Shown here: positions 18,623 to 28,531 of the stretch, piece by piece | Position numbering within the stretch: position 1 is the first letter of the stretch | Layout: every line of letters starts with the position of its first letter | From: Desulfatiglandales bacterium | Lineage (GTDB): Bacteria; Desulfobacterota; DSM-4660; Desulfatiglandales; Desulfatiglandaceae | NCBI GenBank assembly: GCA_963662465.1 | Contig: OY759599.1 | Location: 1,920,001-1,984,000 of the forward strand | DNA: 64,000 bases | Direction of reading: 5' to 3' | Notes under the pieces: generated by a model | Database searches by the model: none | The model's input: the letters and a program-made list of their open reading frames with translations, nothing else | Told to the model about the DNA's origin: nothing | Program-made: the position numbers and the translations under genes

Positions 18623-19113
18623 TCGGTTCACGCCGTCAATACGGACCACGTTGACGATGGTTCCCCGATGGATTTGCCAGAAAAACGCCGGGTCCAACTG
18701 TTCCGCAAGGTCTTTGATGGGCCTTTTAATGAGAAATTCCCCTGTTGCCGTACGGACAAGGGTATATTTGTCGCCGGCCTTAAAATAACAGACATCGTCC
18801 ACTGAAAGGCGGCATTTCCCTGAAACAAGGTCTTCAGGGGAAAGCCCACAAGGGCTGCGCCTAAAAGTGATCCCAAAACAGCGCCGATACTCATGGTTGC
18901 CAGAATCATGAAAAAATGTTTCCATCGACTGCCCGTGTCAATCACGAAATGCCCGGCAAGAATTGCACCACAGATGGACAATCCGATGCATTGGGAAACC
19001 GTAAGGTTGACGGCAAAGCCCTCGCCATATTCCAGGTGGGACAGAAACAGGGCGATAACGGTGTTGAACAGGGCCGTCAGCAAAAGTGATTTGACGACCC
19101 GATTTCGATCCAT
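18620..19113 (-). pseudogene. Fused remnant of LytS-type sensor N-terminus and LytTR regulator C-terminus
   Basis: TM segment LLTALFNTVIALFL..SQCIGLSI joined out of frame near 18800 to LytTR VDDVCYFKAGDKYT..FWQIHRGTIVNV. Confidence 0.75.
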
Positions 19114-19211
19114 CACCACGCCCCGCATGTGGGCACGCATGAACAATGCTGCATCCTCTTTAATCCTTGATGTCTTATAACCGTAACCGCATGCAAGCAT
19201 AACTTGAACAA

Positions 19212-19727
19212 TCAAATAAGGAAAGGAAGATATCCTTTTGTTTTCATTTGATAGCTTCGATAATCATCCCCAAATTTTTTCATATTCTCTCTCTCCTCAA
19301 TCCTGGAAGCCAAAAAGAGGAAAACAAAAGCAACGCCAAATGCAGAAACAGCGCCGAAAGATAGATCGTTCAGCAAAAGACCCAGCGCCAACAGCATCAA
19401 GCTTGTGTAGAGAGGATGTCGAATCCATCGAAAAATCCCCTGCTGAATCAATTGGGTGGTGTTTTCCCTTTCCGGACGTCCATACTTTTTCAGCCCAGAA
19501 AACCCGGAAAAGGCGATCAGCCCCGAGCTGATCAGAAGGATCATCGACAAAATCCGCGGCCCGTTAAATGTGCCGCTCAATTGTAGGTTGAGATATCCTA
19601 AAACCAGGAGTGCTTCAAAAGCAAAAAACATGTAAAACCCGTGGCTTTCAGGTTGACGCAGCTCAGACCTGAATTTCATAAAAACCAGAACCCCAAAACA
19701 CGCGAAAATAATAAATCTGAACATCAT
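19212..19727 (-). CDS. Isoprenylcysteine carboxyl methyltransferase family membrane protein
   Basis: TTQLIQQGIFRWIRHPLY, EERENMKKFGDDYRSY. Confidence 0.85.
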   Translation of the reverse strand: MMFRFIIFACFGVLVFMKFRSELRQPESHGFYMFFAFEALLVLGYLNLQLSGTFNGPRILSMILLISSGLIAFSGFSGLKKYGRPERENTTQLIQQGIFRWIRHPLYTSLMLLALGLLLNDLSFGAVSAFGVAFVFLFLASRIEERENMKKFGDDYRSYQMKTKGYLPFLI

Positions 19728-19790
19728 GCTCCCCCTTCTTTTTTTCAGCCCTGATCCTTTACCAAATATCTACTATTTTCGAATTTTATA

Positions 19791-19832
19791 CTGCCCCCTG
19801 ACAATTGTCCCCTGCCCCCTGTGAACGATTAC
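19791..19832 (-). repeat. GTAAnCGTTCACAGG element (family C)
   Basis: Minus strand gtaatcgttcacagggggcaggggacaattgtcaggggg aligns with 39403-39442; starts at the TAA of the upstream gene. Confidence 0.7.
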
Positions 19833-20400
19833 CCCAAATCCTTCATAATTTCCACGAAAGCGGACTGTCCACTCCGAAAAACCCCGGCAAATCCTCCCCC
19901 GGGATTCCCCCAGGCCCCGGCCAGATAGAGTCCTTTGACCGGGGTTTTGTTGTTGATGCGATCCATGAACGCATTGTCCATGGATTGCTCAAACCCATAG
20001 ATGGCGCCCTCCGGATTGCGGGTATATCGCCGGTTGGTGAGCGGTGTGGCCGCTTCGCTCACGTCAATCATTGACGAAAGATCGGGAACAACCTCCTTTT
20101 CAGCCTTTTGAATGAGAATCGTTTTCCATCGCTCTTTTTCCAATTTATAGGCGGTCTTTCTCCCGGCCCGATAATCGGCCTCAAATTTCCGCCAGGGTTC
20201 GTAGCCCGAAAGGAAAAGCAGCATCAGGGTGGATGTTCCGGGCGCTGAATAACCTTTAAAAATATTATCATAAATGCTGACGCTGAAGCTACCTCGATCC
20301 ACTTCTCCCCTGATGCACGACTGATAATCCACCCCGGGTCCGCCCCGATAACCACAACGGGATATTCCGATTTGGGTCCTTTGTTATAAGGATAAGATAC
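19829..20400 (-). pseudogene. Internally deleted phytoene-dehydrogenase-like FAD oxidoreductase
   Basis: Rossmann start YPVVVIGA joined out of frame near 20338 to C-terminal ATPLTNRRYTRNPEGAIYG..TPVKGLYLAGAW. Confidence 0.75.
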
Positions 20401-20572
20401 TTCAACAATGGTTTGCAAATGGGGTGCGATGAAATCCCCGAATCGAGGGATAAAAGGCGCCATGGGGAGATGAACTGAAAAAAACTTGCAACATTGGAAT
20501 CATCAAGCCATAATGAGGAACTTAAAGATTTTGTAAAAAAAACAAACAGACCGTTTAATAAGGAGAAATCAG

Positions 20573-21082
20573 ATGGGACAAAATCAGGAAATTCTGGATG
20601 GCCTCAAAACCGCCATGGAGGCGGAATTAACCGGGTTCAATTTCTACAAGATGGCTGCTGAAAATGTGACGGATACCAAGGCAAAAGAGACCTTTGCTGA
20701 AATGGCCGAGGAAGAAATGGGCCATTTTAAATATTTGCGGCATCAGTACCAGTCGGTATTGGAAAAGGGAAATTATGATTTTGCCAAAGCCTTCATCAAA
20801 AAAACCGGAGATCAAAGTGAAAGTCCCATCTTCAGTGCCGCCATCAAAGAACGTATCAAAGAGAGTCATTATGAAGTCAGTATCCTGACCATCGGCATGA
20901 AACTTGAGTTGGAGGCCATGACCTTCTACCGTTCCCGGGCGGGCAAAGCGGAATCAGCGGAAGCCAAACAATTTTACAATGAGCTTGCGGATTGGGAACA
21001 GGGGCATTACAAAGCGTTTGAAAACGAATTGAACAGCCTGAAGGAAGATTACTGGGCTGCCAACGATTTTGTACCCATGTAG
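20573..21082 (+). CDS. Rubrerythrin/ferritin-like protein
   Basis: Paired E..FY..EE.GH and E..FY..WEQGH motifs; AAGGAG RBS; TTGCAA-17-CATAAT upstream at 20486-20514. Confidence 0.85.
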   Translation: MGQNQEILDGLKTAMEAELTGFNFYKMAAENVTDTKAKETFAEMAEEEMGHFKYLRHQYQSVLEKGNYDFAKAFIKKTGDQSESPIFSAAIKERIKESHYEVSILTIGMKLELEAMTFYRSRAGKAESAEAKQFYNELADWEQGHYKAFENELNSLKEDYWAANDFVPM

Positions 21083-21083
21083 T

Positions 21084-21145
21084 TAGTGTCTGAACGAAAA
21101 CCTCGTTCAGACACGGTTTTAAGTTTTAAGTTTTAGGTAAAAACA
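21084..21145 (+). repeat. Left half of family A element (hairpin plus GTTTTAA repeats)
   Basis: tagtgtctgaacgaaaacctcgttcagacacggttttaagttttaagttttagg, near-identical to the minus strand of about 62014-62075. Confidence 0.85.
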
Positions 21146-21177
21146 CGTAGTGCTATCATATATTGGGGGGCAGCTTA

Positions 21178-22806
21178 ATGGACCTTTTTTCCGGAAATAT
21201 TGTGGATGTGGTGAACTGTGAAATTTTCCCGGGAACCATTGAGGTGAAAAATGGAAAAATCCATGATATCCACCGTGACAACCAGACTTATGAAAACTTC
21301 ATCACGCCGGGGTTTATTGACGCTCATGTACACATTGAAAGTTCCATGATGCCGCCTTCTGAGTTTGCCCGCATTGCATTGGCCCACGGTACGGTTGCGG
21401 CCGTATCGGATGCCCATGAAATCGCCAATGTGCTGGGGATTCAGGGCGTACGATACATGATGAAAAATGCAAAAGAAGTTCCCCTGAAATTCTACTTTTC
21501 AGCCCCTTCCTGTGTGCCGGCCACCCCATTTGAAACCAGCGGCGCACGGTTAACGCCGGAAGATACGGGAACCCTGCTGAAAATGCCGGAAATCAAATTC
21601 CTGGGGGAAATGATGAACTTCCCCGGGGTCATTCATGATGATCCGGAGGTCTTAAAAAAGCTGGAGATGGCAAAAACCCACCATAAAGCCATTGATGGAC
21701 ATTCTCCGGGGCTTGGGGGGGAAGACCTCAAAAAATATATTTCCGCCGGGATCACCACGGATCATGAATGTTTTTCAAGGGATGAGGCCCTGGAAAAACT
21801 CTCTCTGGGCATGAAAATTCAGATCCGTGAAGGATCGGCGGTCAAAAACTTCGACGACCTGATCCCCATCGCGGACGAACACTACCGGAACTGTATGTTC
21901 TGCTCCGACGACAAGCACCCGGATGACCTTCTGAAGGGGCACATCAACGACCTGGTAAGGCGTGCCCTTGCCACCGGCCTGGACAAAATGAAAGTGCTTC
22001 AAATGGCCTGCGTCAATTCTGTAGTCCATTATGGTCTGGATGTGGGACAACTGCAAAAGGGAGATCCCGCGGATTTTCTGGTGATTGATGATTTTGATCA
22101 ACTGCACATTCACAGGACCGTGATCAACGGCAAAATCGTTGCTGAAAACGGCCAAAGCCTTCTTTCACAAACCCATGCCCACATCGTAAACCGATTTGCC
22201 GCCACCCCCAAAAAACCACTGGAATTTTCCGTTGCCGATAAAGGCCGAGCCGTCAATATCATCGACGTCATTGACGGCCAGCTCATCACCCGAAAAAGCA
22301 GGGACACTCTGGGCGCCGTCGATGGCCGCCTGATCCCCAATATTGACAAGGATATCCTTAAAATTGCCGTGGTCAATCGATATGAAGACCGGAAACCGGC
22401 GCTCGGATTTGTCCGAAATTTCGGGTTGAAAAAAGGCGCCATTGCCGGTTCCATTGCCCACGACTCCCATAACATCATCGCCGTGGGCACAACCGACGAG
22501 GAGATCTGCGCCGCCGTCAACCTCATTATCAAACATCAGGGGGGAATCTGTGCGGTCTGTCAAGATGACGACATCAGGGAAATCCTCCCCCTGCCCATCG
22601 CGGGACTCATGAGCGATGCGGATTTTGAGACGGTTGCCGGCAAATATACACGGCTTGGCGCCCTAGCAAAACACATGGGGTCAAAGTTAAAGGCCCCCTT
22701 CATGACCCTTTCCTTCATGGCGCTCCTGGTGATTCCCGAGATAAAACTGAGCGATAAGGGATTGTTTGATGGAACCCGTTTTGAATTTATGGATTTATAT
22801 CTATGA
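21178..22806 (+). CDS. ade: Adenine deaminase
   Basis: IDAHVHIESS, HEIANV, GEMMNFPGV, DGHSPG, TDHEC, CSDDKHP, AHDSHN. Confidence 0.95.
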   Translation: MDLFSGNIVDVVNCEIFPGTIEVKNGKIHDIHRDNQTYENFITPGFIDAHVHIESSMMPPSEFARIALAHGTVAAVSDAHEIANVLGIQGVRYMMKNAKEVPLKFYFSAPSCVPATPFETSGARLTPEDTGTLLKMPEIKFLGEMMNFPGVIHDDPEVLKKLEMAKTHHKAIDGHSPGLGGEDLKKYISAGITTDHECFSRDEALEKLSLGMKIQIREGSAVKNFDDLIPIADEHYRNCMFCSDDKHPDDLLKGHINDLVRRALATGLDKMKVLQMACVNSVVHYGLDVGQLQKGDPADFLVIDDFDQLHIHRTVINGKIVAENGQSLLSQTHAHIVNRFAATPKKPLEFSVADKGRAVNIIDVIDGQLITRKSRDTLGAVDGRLIPNIDKDILKIAVVNRYEDRKPALGFVRNFGLKKGAIAGSIAHDSHNIIAVGTTDEEICAAVNLIIKHQGGICAVCQDDDIREILPLPIAGLMSDADFETVAGKYTRLGALAKHMGSKLKAPFMTLSFMALLVIPEIKLSDKGLFDGTRFEFMDLYL

Positions 22807-22865
22807 GTGAAGAGTGAAAAGTGAAGAGTTGACCGCCCTTTAATTACTACTTTTCACTCTTCACT
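22806..22865. repeat. 17-bp perfect inverted repeat of GTGAA(G/A)A heptamers (family B)
   Basis: agtgaagagtgaaaagt (22806-22822) vs acttttcactcttcact (22849-22865). Confidence 0.85.
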
Positions 22866-22887
22866 AAAAAAAGGAGACTCAACAACA

Positions 22888-23325
22888 ATGGCTTTTCGTG
22901 CGCATCTCAAAGTCTGCTTCGGCGATATCGACAACGCGGGCATCGTTTATTACCCGCGATTTCTGCACTATTTTCATGTGGCGCTCGAAGATTTTTTCAG
23001 CGATGAACTGGGCATTCCCTACGCATCGGTCATGCGGAAATTCAACCTGGCTTTTCCTACGGTGCATTTGGAGGGGGATTTCCGCCGACCCCTCCGATTC
23101 GGCGATCACATTGAAGTGGAAGTGCGGGTCCTGGATATCGGCAAAAGTTCCATTACCTGGGGGTATACCACCTACCGCACGGGGGGGCAGGAAGTGGTCG
23201 TGGAAGGACACAATGTCACCGTCAGCATGAACATGGCCACTTTCACGAAGATGGAGGTCCCTGAATGGTTGAGAAAAAAACTCACCGCTTACCAGGCCAA
23301 GTGCGATGCGGATCTTGAGGTTTAG
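22888..23325 (+). CDS. Acyl-CoA thioesterase (4HBT/hotdog family)
   Basis: FGDIDNAGIVYYPRF, FRRPLRFGD, IGKSSI. Confidence 0.88.
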   Translation: MAFRAHLKVCFGDIDNAGIVYYPRFLHYFHVALEDFFSDELGIPYASVMRKFNLAFPTVHLEGDFRRPLRFGDHIEVEVRVLDIGKSSITWGYTTYRTGGQEVVVEGHNVTVSMNMATFTKMEVPEWLRKKLTAYQAKCDADLEV

Positions 23326-23342
23326 AAATTTTAAAAGAGGTT

Positions 23343-23549
23343 GTGTTGAAATTTAAAAATGTCATTCAACTCTTGATTGATTCTTTTCAAACCCACCAAA
23401 TGGACCATGCCCTCATCGGCGGTTTTGCGCTGAAAGCATATGGGTATATGCGGACCACGCAGGATGCGGATTTTATTGTCAGACGGAAAAATCAATGGGA
23501 AGATTTTCATACCATCGTCAAAGGAAAACAACCCCATGAAAATGATTGA
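23343..23549 (+). pseudogene. Truncated nucleotidyltransferase-like gene
   Basis: ALIGGFAL.AYG..RTTQDADF motif but only 68 aa. Confidence 0.65.
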
Positions 23550-23721
23550 AATTGAAACGATTTGCGTCCCAATCCGAAATGATATGATGGATCATGCGAC
23601 ACCGGCGTCTTTATCAAAACCTTCCGATCTGGAACCCTACTTTGATTTTCTGGATGAAATCGAAGCGTTTGATATTCCCAAAAAGAAACCCATCGATTAC
23701 CCCACCGAGTTTGAATTATAA
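23536..23721 (+). CDS. Small acidic hypothetical protein
   Basis: Overlaps the NTase remnant stop; DLEPYFDFLDEI..EFEL. Confidence 0.45.
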   Translation: MKMIEIETICVPIRNDMMDHATPASLSKPSDLEPYFDFLDEIEAFDIPKKKPIDYPTEFEL

Positions 23722-24848
23722 AAAGGCCTAAAGTTGCTAAAATAGCTTATGGGGTCGCAGACTCTTATTTTACCCTTGTCATAGGGTCTTTTGATCTCCG
23801 CCACAATCTGTGTGACTTTTTTGGGGTTAAGGCGGTTGGCATAATAGGAGAGTGACCGCGCTATTGAATCATCCGAGTATTTAACCTCTATCAACTCTTC
23901 CAACTCCCCGTCTTTAACAATTGCAAAATCAACTTCGCGGCCTTCTTTGTCGCGGATATATCGCAATTCATATTGATAGCCCTGGCTGTCTTCCAGATAA
24001 TGCAATCGTTTTAGGAGCGATGTGGCAACAAGGTTCTCAAAACGGGCGCCTTCATCCCCCAGCACGTCGCCATTATCAAAAAAGTAGACCTTGGGAGGTT
24101 TTCGCACCGCTCGCGGCAATGATCGGGTATAAGGCTTCACGGTGAATACCAGATACATCCTCTCCAAGGTTTCCAGCCATGCCTTTGCCGTCTTTGGAGA
24201 AATTTCCAGGTCCGCGGCAAGATTCGATACAACGATCAGCCCCCCCACCCGGTGCCTCAACAGGTCCAGGAATATAGCTAATAACTGAATGTCCCTTACC
24301 GGCTCCAGGTCCCGAACGTCCTCTCTCAAAACCCTGTCAAAGCGCTCCCGCCGCCACCGCCTCGCCAACCGTTCATCACCCGCCAGAAACGGCTCGGGAA
24401 ATCCCCCGAGCGTCATCAGGCGTTGGAAAGCATCTTTTGGAGAAATCCCCTTCGGAATCTCATCGAGGGTAAAAGGGTGCAGGCGCCAGTAGTGGTATCG
24501 CCCCAATAGGGAGTCGCCACCTCGGCGGTAGATATCAAGACGGGCTGATCCCGTAATGAGAAAGGAATGGAGATGGTGAGACACATCATAAATCCCCTTG
24601 ATCCAGCTCTTCCACTTGGGGAATTTGTGCAATTCGTCAAATATGAGCAGAGAATTATCCGTACTCCACCGCTTCCGGAGAATGTCCTGACGGTCTTCAT
24701 CAAAATCCCAATTCAGATAACGGCCATCAGGGTAATCACTGGAGAGAATCTCCTTTGCGAGGGTTGTTTTACCCACCTGCCGGGGGCCACCTACGAAAAC
24801 CATCTTTCTCTTCAAGTCATCAAGAATATGGGACGAAATATAGCGCAT
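23697..24848 (-). CDS. AAA+ ATPase with DUF4143-type C-terminal domain
   Basis: GPRQVGKTT, IFDELHK, TGSARL, GGFPEP, KVYFFD, FENLV, EVDF, IEVK. Confidence 0.88.
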   Translation of the reverse strand: MRYISSHILDDLKRKMVFVGGPRQVGKTTLAKEILSSDYPDGRYLNWDFDEDRQDILRKRWSTDNSLLIFDELHKFPKWKSWIKGIYDVSHHLHSFLITGSARLDIYRRGGDSLLGRYHYWRLHPFTLDEIPKGISPKDAFQRLMTLGGFPEPFLAGDERLARRWRRERFDRVLREDVRDLEPVRDIQLLAIFLDLLRHRVGGLIVVSNLAADLEISPKTAKAWLETLERMYLVFTVKPYTRSLPRAVRKPPKVYFFDNGDVLGDEGARFENLVATSLLKRLHYLEDSQGYQYELRYIRDKEGREVDFAIVKDGELEELIEVKYSDDSIARSLSYYANRLNPKKVTQIVAEIKRPYDKGKIRVCDPISYFSNFRPFYNSNSVG

Positions 24849-24921
24849 ATGTCTATTTTGCATTAAATTCCAAAACAGTCAAGGCTATTTTGGATTTACG
24901 GTCAATATAGCCGCATTGTTT

Positions 24922-27762
24922 TCAAATTCCGGACAGTGCCTTCTGAATATCCTCCGGTCTCACGGGAATCTCCTCAATATCCACTCCCACGGCATCCCGG
25001 ATGGCGTTCAAAACCGCCGGGGCCACCGGCAATATGGGCAACTCGCCGATGCCTTTGGCGCCCATGGGCCCCAGGGGATCCGGCACTTCCACGATGAGGG
25101 TGGAAATGGGCGGTATGTCCGTGATCCTGGGAATATGATACCGGTCAAAGTTATCATTTTGGATGCGACCCTCCCGCAAATTCAATCGCTCTTTGAAGCA
25201 CCACCCCAGGCCCATGGCCACTCCGCCCTGCACCTGTCCCACGATCCCCAATGGGTTGATGGCCTTGCCCACATCCTGGGCCGCCGCAACCTTCAGCACC
25301 CGGACGCGCCCGGTTTTCTCATTGACGCCCACGGTTACCGCCGCCGCCACATAACCCAGTGACGGCAGAATGCGCTGATCCGGTCCGATCTCAGTGACCC
25401 TTTCAGGGGGAAACATGTTTTTCACCGGGGGCGTGTAGATCTCATGCACCATGGGCAGCCGACCCGACCCCTCGCATTTCCGGGCCAGGTCCTCAAAAGA
25501 GATGAGGACCCGGTCGCCCTTCCCCTCCCCTACCCCGCCCGGTTTCAACGCCAGATCGGCAGCGTTTCTTTTCAACACCCTGGCCGCCCATTGGCATAGC
25601 TGCTCCTTGAACTTCAAGGCAGCCTGACATATGGCGCCGCCGGTGAGAAACACCTGCTGGCTGGCGCTGGTCAGCATGAGGGAAATGGTGTGATCCGTGG
25701 AACCGGGAATGATGCGCACACGGGAGACGGGCAGATCCAGAGCATTGGCCGTGATGCGGCCCAGGGCATCCACCAGGCCCTGGCCCAACTCGCAGCCCCC
25801 GGTAAACACCTCGATGATCCCGTCTTCCGCCAATCGAAGGGTCACGTCCGTGCGCCCCTCAGGAATCATGGTGGGGGTGCTGCTGTTTTTGTACCCGGCG
25901 GCAATGCCGATGCCCAGCTTTTCCGGATGATCGACCCGCAGTCCGGTGCGCATGGCGATCATTTCAGCCTTAAGGGCCTGCAAACAGGCCTTTATCCCCA
26001 CATCAGGCCCCATGACCTGTCCCCATTGGGACACCTTTCCCTGTTCCAGGGCATTCATCATGCGCATATCCATGGGATCCAAGTTCAGTCGGCGGGCCAG
26101 CCGGTCCATCTGGCATTCCATGGCCAGACACACCTGAGGCGCCCCGAAACCGCGCATGGCCCCGCAGGTGGGGTTGTTGGTATAGGCGGCGGTAATGTTG
26201 ACATCCACGTGGCCGATTTCATAGGGCCCGGTGGCAAAAACCGTTGCATTTTCCACCACCGCCAGGGTGGCGGAATGATAAGCCCCCGCATCGGCGATAC
26301 CTTTCACCACGCAATGGGTGAGCCTGCCCTTCCTGTCGGCGCCGGTTTCATAATGCAGGACAAAGGGATGCCGATGGCTGTGAACCCGCATGGACTCTTC
26401 CCGCGTCAGGGCCAGGCGAACCGGCCGCCGGGTCAAATGGGTCCCCAGGGCGCAAAGGTGCTGGATACTTAAATCCCCGCGGCCCCCGAAGGCCCCGCCG
26501 GCCAACAGGGTATTGAGCCGGACGCGATCCTCGGACAGATTGCAGATGGCGGCGATCTGGTTGCGATAGCTGATGGGGGCCTGGCTGGCAGTAGCCACCA
26601 CCAGGGTGTCATCCATATCCAGGTAGGTCAGACAGGCTTCCGGCTCCATAAACGCGGGATCCACCATGGGGGTTCGGTACTCACCCTTAATGATGACGTT
26701 TGCCATTTCCCGACCCTTTTCAATATCTCCCTTACGACAGGTCAGTCTGTGGGCAATATTTCCCTTGGGCGTCAATTGGGGAGCGTCCGGCGCCAGGGAT
26801 GTCATGGGGTCAAAAACACCTTCAAGGGGTTCATAGTCCACCCTCACCCGATCCGCCGCCGCTTCGGCCGCCCGGGGGGTTTCAGCCAGCACCAGGGCCA
26901 CGGCATCGGCCATGGATCGCACTTCCCTTTCAACCAGCACGGGTTGATCGGGAAATATGACGCCGAAGGTCTTTTTTCCCGGCACGTCCCCATGGGTAAT
27001 GATCCGGCGCACCCCATCCATTTTTTCAGCCGCACCGGTGTCGATGGATCGAATTTTCGCTCGCGAAAAAGGACTCCAGACCACCTTTGCCCAGAGTTGG
27101 CCCGGCATATGCAGATCCTGTGCGTAAATCTGTTCTCCTTTGACTTTTTTTTCAGCCTTCGGGTCCCCGGCGGCAAAGCTGTAGCTGGGGTGTTTCAACA
27201 GATGCCGTTTGAAGTCGGAATCCGCCGCGGCCCGAACCGCTTCAATGATTTTCCGATACCCGGTGCATCGGCAGAGATTCCCATGAAGCGCCCGGCGAAT
27301 CTGTTCTTCCGAAGGATTCGGGTTATCGCGCAACAGGCAACCGGCACTCAATACAAACCCGGGCGCACAGTAACCACACTGAAACACCCCCAGTTCGGCG
27401 AAGGTTCGCTGCACCCTCGGCAACGCTTCCGGATTTTTCCCAGGCCCCGCAATCCCCTCGATGGTGGTGACCGCCATCCCCTCCAGGTGCAGGGGGTTCA
27501 CCATGCAACTCCGCATGGGACGACCATCGATGAGGACCGTACAGGCCCCGCAAACCCCCACGCCGCAACCGTACTTGCTGCCCCGAAGGCCCAGGTCCCA
27601 ACGGATAAAGTCCAACAGGCTGACGTCATGGGCATCCGTGAAAACCGCATCCCGCCCATTCACCGTAAAGAGAATTGTGGCCGGCGGCAAACAATGAATC
27701 GGCATTTGAGCTGTTGTTAGCCCCATGTGCTTTAAAAACTGCTGTTGTGTGAACAAAGGCAT
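24922..27762 (-). CDS. Xanthine-dehydrogenase-family molybdoprotein with fused 2Fe-2S domain
   Basis: GCGVGVCGAC, QCGYC..CRCTGY, GGAFGG, MRGFGAPQ, KGIGE; exact start uncertain. Confidence 0.88.
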   Translation of the reverse strand: MPLFTQQQFLKHMGLTTAQMPIHCLPPATILFTVNGRDAVFTDAHDVSLLDFIRWDLGLRGSKYGCGVGVCGACTVLIDGRPMRSCMVNPLHLEGMAVTTIEGIAGPGKNPEALPRVQRTFAELGVFQCGYCAPGFVLSAGCLLRDNPNPSEEQIRRALHGNLCRCTGYRKIIEAVRAAADSDFKRHLLKHPSYSFAAGDPKAEKKVKGEQIYAQDLHMPGQLWAKVVWSPFSRAKIRSIDTGAAEKMDGVRRIITHGDVPGKKTFGVIFPDQPVLVEREVRSMADAVALVLAETPRAAEAAADRVRVDYEPLEGVFDPMTSLAPDAPQLTPKGNIAHRLTCRKGDIEKGREMANVIIKGEYRTPMVDPAFMEPEACLTYLDMDDTLVVATASQAPISYRNQIAAICNLSEDRVRLNTLLAGGAFGGRGDLSIQHLCALGTHLTRRPVRLALTREESMRVHSHRHPFVLHYETGADRKGRLTHCVVKGIADAGAYHSATLAVVENATVFATGPYEIGHVDVNITAAYTNNPTCGAMRGFGAPQVCLAMECQMDRLARRLNLDPMDMRMMNALEQGKVSQWGQVMGPDVGIKACLQALKAEMIAMRTGLRVDHPEKLGIGIAAGYKNSSTPTMIPEGRTDVTLRLAEDGIIEVFTGGCELGQGLVDALGRITANALDLPVSRVRIIPGSTDHTISLMLTSASQQVFLTGGAICQAALKFKEQLCQWAARVLKRNAADLALKPGGVGEGKGDRVLISFEDLARKCEGSGRLPMVHEIYTPPVKNMFPPERVTEIGPDQRILPSLGYVAAAVTVGVNEKTGRVRVLKVAAAQDVGKAINPLGIVGQVQGGVAMGLGWCFKERLNLREGRIQNDNFDRYHIPRITDIPPISTLIVEVPDPLGPMGAKGIGELPILPVAPAVLNAIRDAVGVDIEEIPVRPEDIQKALSGI

Positions 27763-27885
27763 TATTTCTTCTCGCGAATAATTGATAATAGATCATTCCA
27801 TGCAGTGTAATGAAATATCCCTTGAGGGTCAAGGCCGGGATGTTCTAAAATATACGCACAGTAGACAACCCCGGAGGCAACACCA

Positions 27886-28485
27886 TTGGATTATTACCAC
27901 AGTTTCAGCGAGCTCAAAAAACATGAAAGAGAAGGCGCGGATTATCGGATTGAGACGCGAAAAGGTTCCTCTTCCATTGCCATCATGGCGCCTCACGGAG
28001 GCTACATAGAACCCGGCACCGCCGATATTGCCGACGCCATTGCCGGCAACCAGCATACTTTCTGGGCGTTTAAAGGGCTTAAAAATAGCGGAAATGGGAT
28101 TTTGCACATTACCAGCAGTCACTTTGATGAACCGGGCGGCATCAGGATTGCGCGGGGTGCGCAAACGGTCATCACCATCCATGGCTGTCATGGGAAAAAG
28201 TCGATGGTTTATGTGGGCGGAAGGCACGAGGAACTCAAGAATCGAATATGCCGGGCCCTTTGCCGGGCTGGTTTTAAAGCCGAGATCAGTACGACGCCGG
28301 GTTTAAGAGGAGAAGCCCCCGCCAATTTATGCAACAGAGGCACAACGGGGAAAGGGGTACAACTGGAAATTACGGAAGCGTTGCGAAAAAGGATGTTTAC
28401 CCCGTGGGATGACCGGGGTATAAGAAAAAAAACAGAAGCGTTTTTCCGTTTGATAACCGCACTCAAAACCGCTCTTATGCGTTGA
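27886..28485 (+). CDS. Poly-gamma-glutamate hydrolase family protein (DUF867-like)
   Basis: APHGGYIEPGT, LHITSSHFDEP, TIHG, NLCNRG, GVQLEI; TTG start with GGAGG RBS. Confidence 0.85.
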   Translation: MDYYHSFSELKKHEREGADYRIETRKGSSSIAIMAPHGGYIEPGTADIADAIAGNQHTFWAFKGLKNSGNGILHITSSHFDEPGGIRIARGAQTVITIHGCHGKKSMVYVGGRHEELKNRICRALCRAGFKAEISTTPGLRGEAPANLCNRGTTGKGVQLEITEALRKRMFTPWDDRGIRKKTEAFFRLITALKTALMR

Positions 28486-28531
28486 ACAAAAACATGCATT
28501 GTAATTCGAACCAGGAGATTAAAAATTAATA

